Shown here piece by piece: positions 62,526 through 64,000 of a DNA stretch of 64,000 nt; the first letter of the stretch is position 1, and the number at the start of each line of letters is the position of its first letter. The notes below the pieces were generated by a model that saw only the letters and a program-made list of their open reading frames with translations, was not told the origin of the DNA and made no database searches. The translations under genes were made by a program, and so were the position numbers. Origin of the DNA: Centroscyllium fabricii (Eukaryota); assembly GCA_051313645.2 (NCBI GenBank), contig JBNRSN020000089.1, positions 2,542,001 through 2,606,000 of the forward strand. The letters are read 5' to 3'.

Positions 62526-62695
62526 TTTTGTCTCTGATTCATCTCTCTCAAGTTAAAAGGGTTACATTTGGGTGGAGGTCACAGAATTCTACACGTGGGG
62601 TACGTTCAGAACCTACGGGGTAATTGGTATTAACCTAACCCCCCCATTCTCAGTAAAGGAGAGGGGGGGGGGGCAATCGTAAAAAGGGTTACATT

Positions 62696-62715
62696 TGGGG
62701 GCTCGTTTCCGGGAT
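62696..62715 (+). other. Primer-binding site complementary to the 3' end of tRNA-Pro, with a 2-nt insertion
   Basis: TGGGGGCTCGTTTCCGGGAT versus the canonical tRNA-Pro PBS TGGGGGCTCGTCCGGGAT. It sits in the classic CA-TT-TGG spacing after the LTR end. Confidence 0.92.
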
Positions 62716-62772
62716 ACTGTGACTTCCAGTTTCATACCCTAGTGGAGTGAACCCATTGTTGCCGAGAGAGAG

Positions 62773-62802
62773 ATGGACGTGAGCACGGTTACTTAGTGGT
62801 GT
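62773..62802 (+). pseudogene. Possible remnant of the first 10 codons of a Gypsy gag (PNMA/Ma-type N-terminus)
   Basis: First ATG after the PBS, in a good Kozak context (GAGATGG). It reads MDVSTVT*WC, and an early WC motif recalls the N-terminus of PNMA-like Gag proteins. Very short, so weak. Confidence 0.4.
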
Positions 62803-62829
62803 AGTCATGAGGACATGACTAGGTTTGGT

Positions 62830-62839
62830 AAGGGGGGAG
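62830..62839 (+). other. Polypurine tract
   Basis: AAGGGGGGAG directly abuts the TG start of the second LTR. Confidence 0.9.
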
Positions 62840-64000
62840 TGTAACCTGGGTCTGAAACCCAGAGTCAGGGAGAATCTCCCTAAAGGGTTAAAAATCTAGG
62901 GATCCAGTGGTCTGAGGTCAGGTGACCTCTTCGGTGCCAGTTTGTCTGGAAGTTTGATCACAAGGGGGTTGTTGACCAGGTGTGAGTATGGACAATGTTT
63001 CAGACAGGCTGGGCTGCCATGGAAACCAGCACTCGGCTCCGGCCAGTCTGGAAAAACAAGGGGTCTTGCAGGTGGGGGCTGTGTGATTGCTTTGCGATAG
63101 GCTGGCTAAAAGTGGGGTGAGTTACTGGAGGGTGGAGCCAGGACAGGATAAAAGGCTAGACACGCCTAGAGACAGGATTATTAAGATTGAGCTGGAGGAA
63201 GATAGAGCGCAGGAGGAAGAGAGAAGATTGAGCAGGAGGTTAGATGGAGAGAAGATCCGGGAAAGATCCAGAGAAGCCACGAGAGAGGCAGTTCCAAGAG
63301 CCGTCGTTATCTCCCTGGGGATGAGGAGGCTGTAGTGTACGGTCCTCATTGTCGAGCCCTGTTTGGACAGTCGTGAGTAGTGACTACTGAGAGAAGGGCT
63401 TGGGGAAGACGAGGTTGCAGGAAGCACAGGGTGGAGAAGTGTGTTTGATGCCCACTGCTGGAAGATGCTGGAGGCTTTCGTGTTAAAAGGACTGAGAGAC
63501 AGTCCCAAGAACCGTCGTTGTTTCCCTTGGGATGAGTAGGCTGTAGTGTACGGTACTCATTGCCGAGCCCTATTCGGACAGTCGTGAGTAGCACTTACTG
63601 AGAGAAGGGCTTGGGGAAGACGAGGTTGCAGGAAGCAGAGGGTGGAGAAGTGTGTGCGACGCCCACTGCTGGAGGATGCTGGAGGCTTTCGTGTTAAAAG
63701 GACTGAGAGACAGTCCCAAGAGCCGTCGTTGTTTCCCTTGGGATGAGTAGGCTGTAGTGTACGGTACTCATTGTCAAGCCCTGTTCGGACAGTCGTGAGT
63801 GGCGGCTACTGAGAGAAGGGCTTGGGGAAGACGAGGTTGCAGGAAACAGAGGGTGGAGAGCTGTGTGCGACGCCCACTGCTGGAAGATGCTGGAAGCTTT
63901 CGTGTTAAAAGGACAGAGGCAGATCCAAGAGCCGTCGTTGTCTCCCTTGAGATGAGGAGACTGTAGTGTACGGTCCTCATTGTCAAGCCCTATTCGGACA
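62840..64000 (+). repeat. 3' (second) LTR, partial
   Basis: Copy of 60883-62043 with 8 substitutions and no indel found by eye over 1161 bp (~99.3%). Preceded directly by the polypurine tract. Confidence 0.95.
63294..64000 (+). repeat. Same 209-211-bp tandem units inside the second LTR (truncated)
   Basis: Copy of 61337-62043 at offset 1957. Confidence 0.96.

Larger units (their letters stand above)
60883..62693 (+). repeat. 5' LTR (1811 bp)
   Basis: Bounded by the 7-bp inverted termini TGTAACC (60883) and GGTTACA (ends 62693), and followed by TT and the PBS. The first 1161 bp are repeated at 62840. Confidence 0.9.
60883..64000 (+). mobile_element. Non-autonomous (internally deleted) Gypsy/Ty3-like LTR retrotransposon inserted at the satellite edge; truncated by the window
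   Basis: Two direct repeats 1957 bp apart beginning TGTAACC, the first ending GGTTACA. A tRNA-Pro-type PBS lies 2 nt after the first LTR and a purine tract lies immediately before the second. No gag/pol ORF. The superfamily call rests on terminal motifs only; an endogenous retrovirus is not excluded. Confidence 0.9.

Noticed and set aside
62569-62586. Second PBS (tRNA-Ala-like TGGTGGAG) after the proximal GTTACA
   Set aside because: TGGGTGGAGG needs an extra G and the match does not extend, so it is not supportable without the host tRNA set.

Overview
Eukaryotic, non-coding repetitive DNA with no supportable intact gene. Bases 1-60882 are one uninterrupted head-to-tail array of about 2,100 copies of a 29-bp satellite (consensus TGTGTACAATACATCAGACAATGTCCATC). 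Its variant monomers reveal nested kilobase-scale duplications (offsets 5104, 7042, 6204, 31244, 895, 3033, 1879, 8378 and 3060 bp) and three domains with different variant content. The hundreds of ORFs there are translation artefacts of the repeat. At 60883 the array is cut by a young, non-autonomous Gypsy/Ty3-like LTR retroelement. It has an 1811-bp 5' LTR (TGTAACC...GGTTACA) and an internal region of only 146 bp, holding a tRNA-Pro primer-binding site, a possible 10-codon gag remnant, a hairpin and a polypurine tract. A second LTR about 99.3% identical to the first runs off the window. Each LTR carries ~211-bp tandem units that can fold into a three-way junction with a compensatory base-pair change; the complete LTR also has five 57-bp repeats and a duplicated LTR-end motif. 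The host species cannot be identified from the sequence. All alignments and folds were done by eye, so duplication boundaries inside the satellite are approximate.
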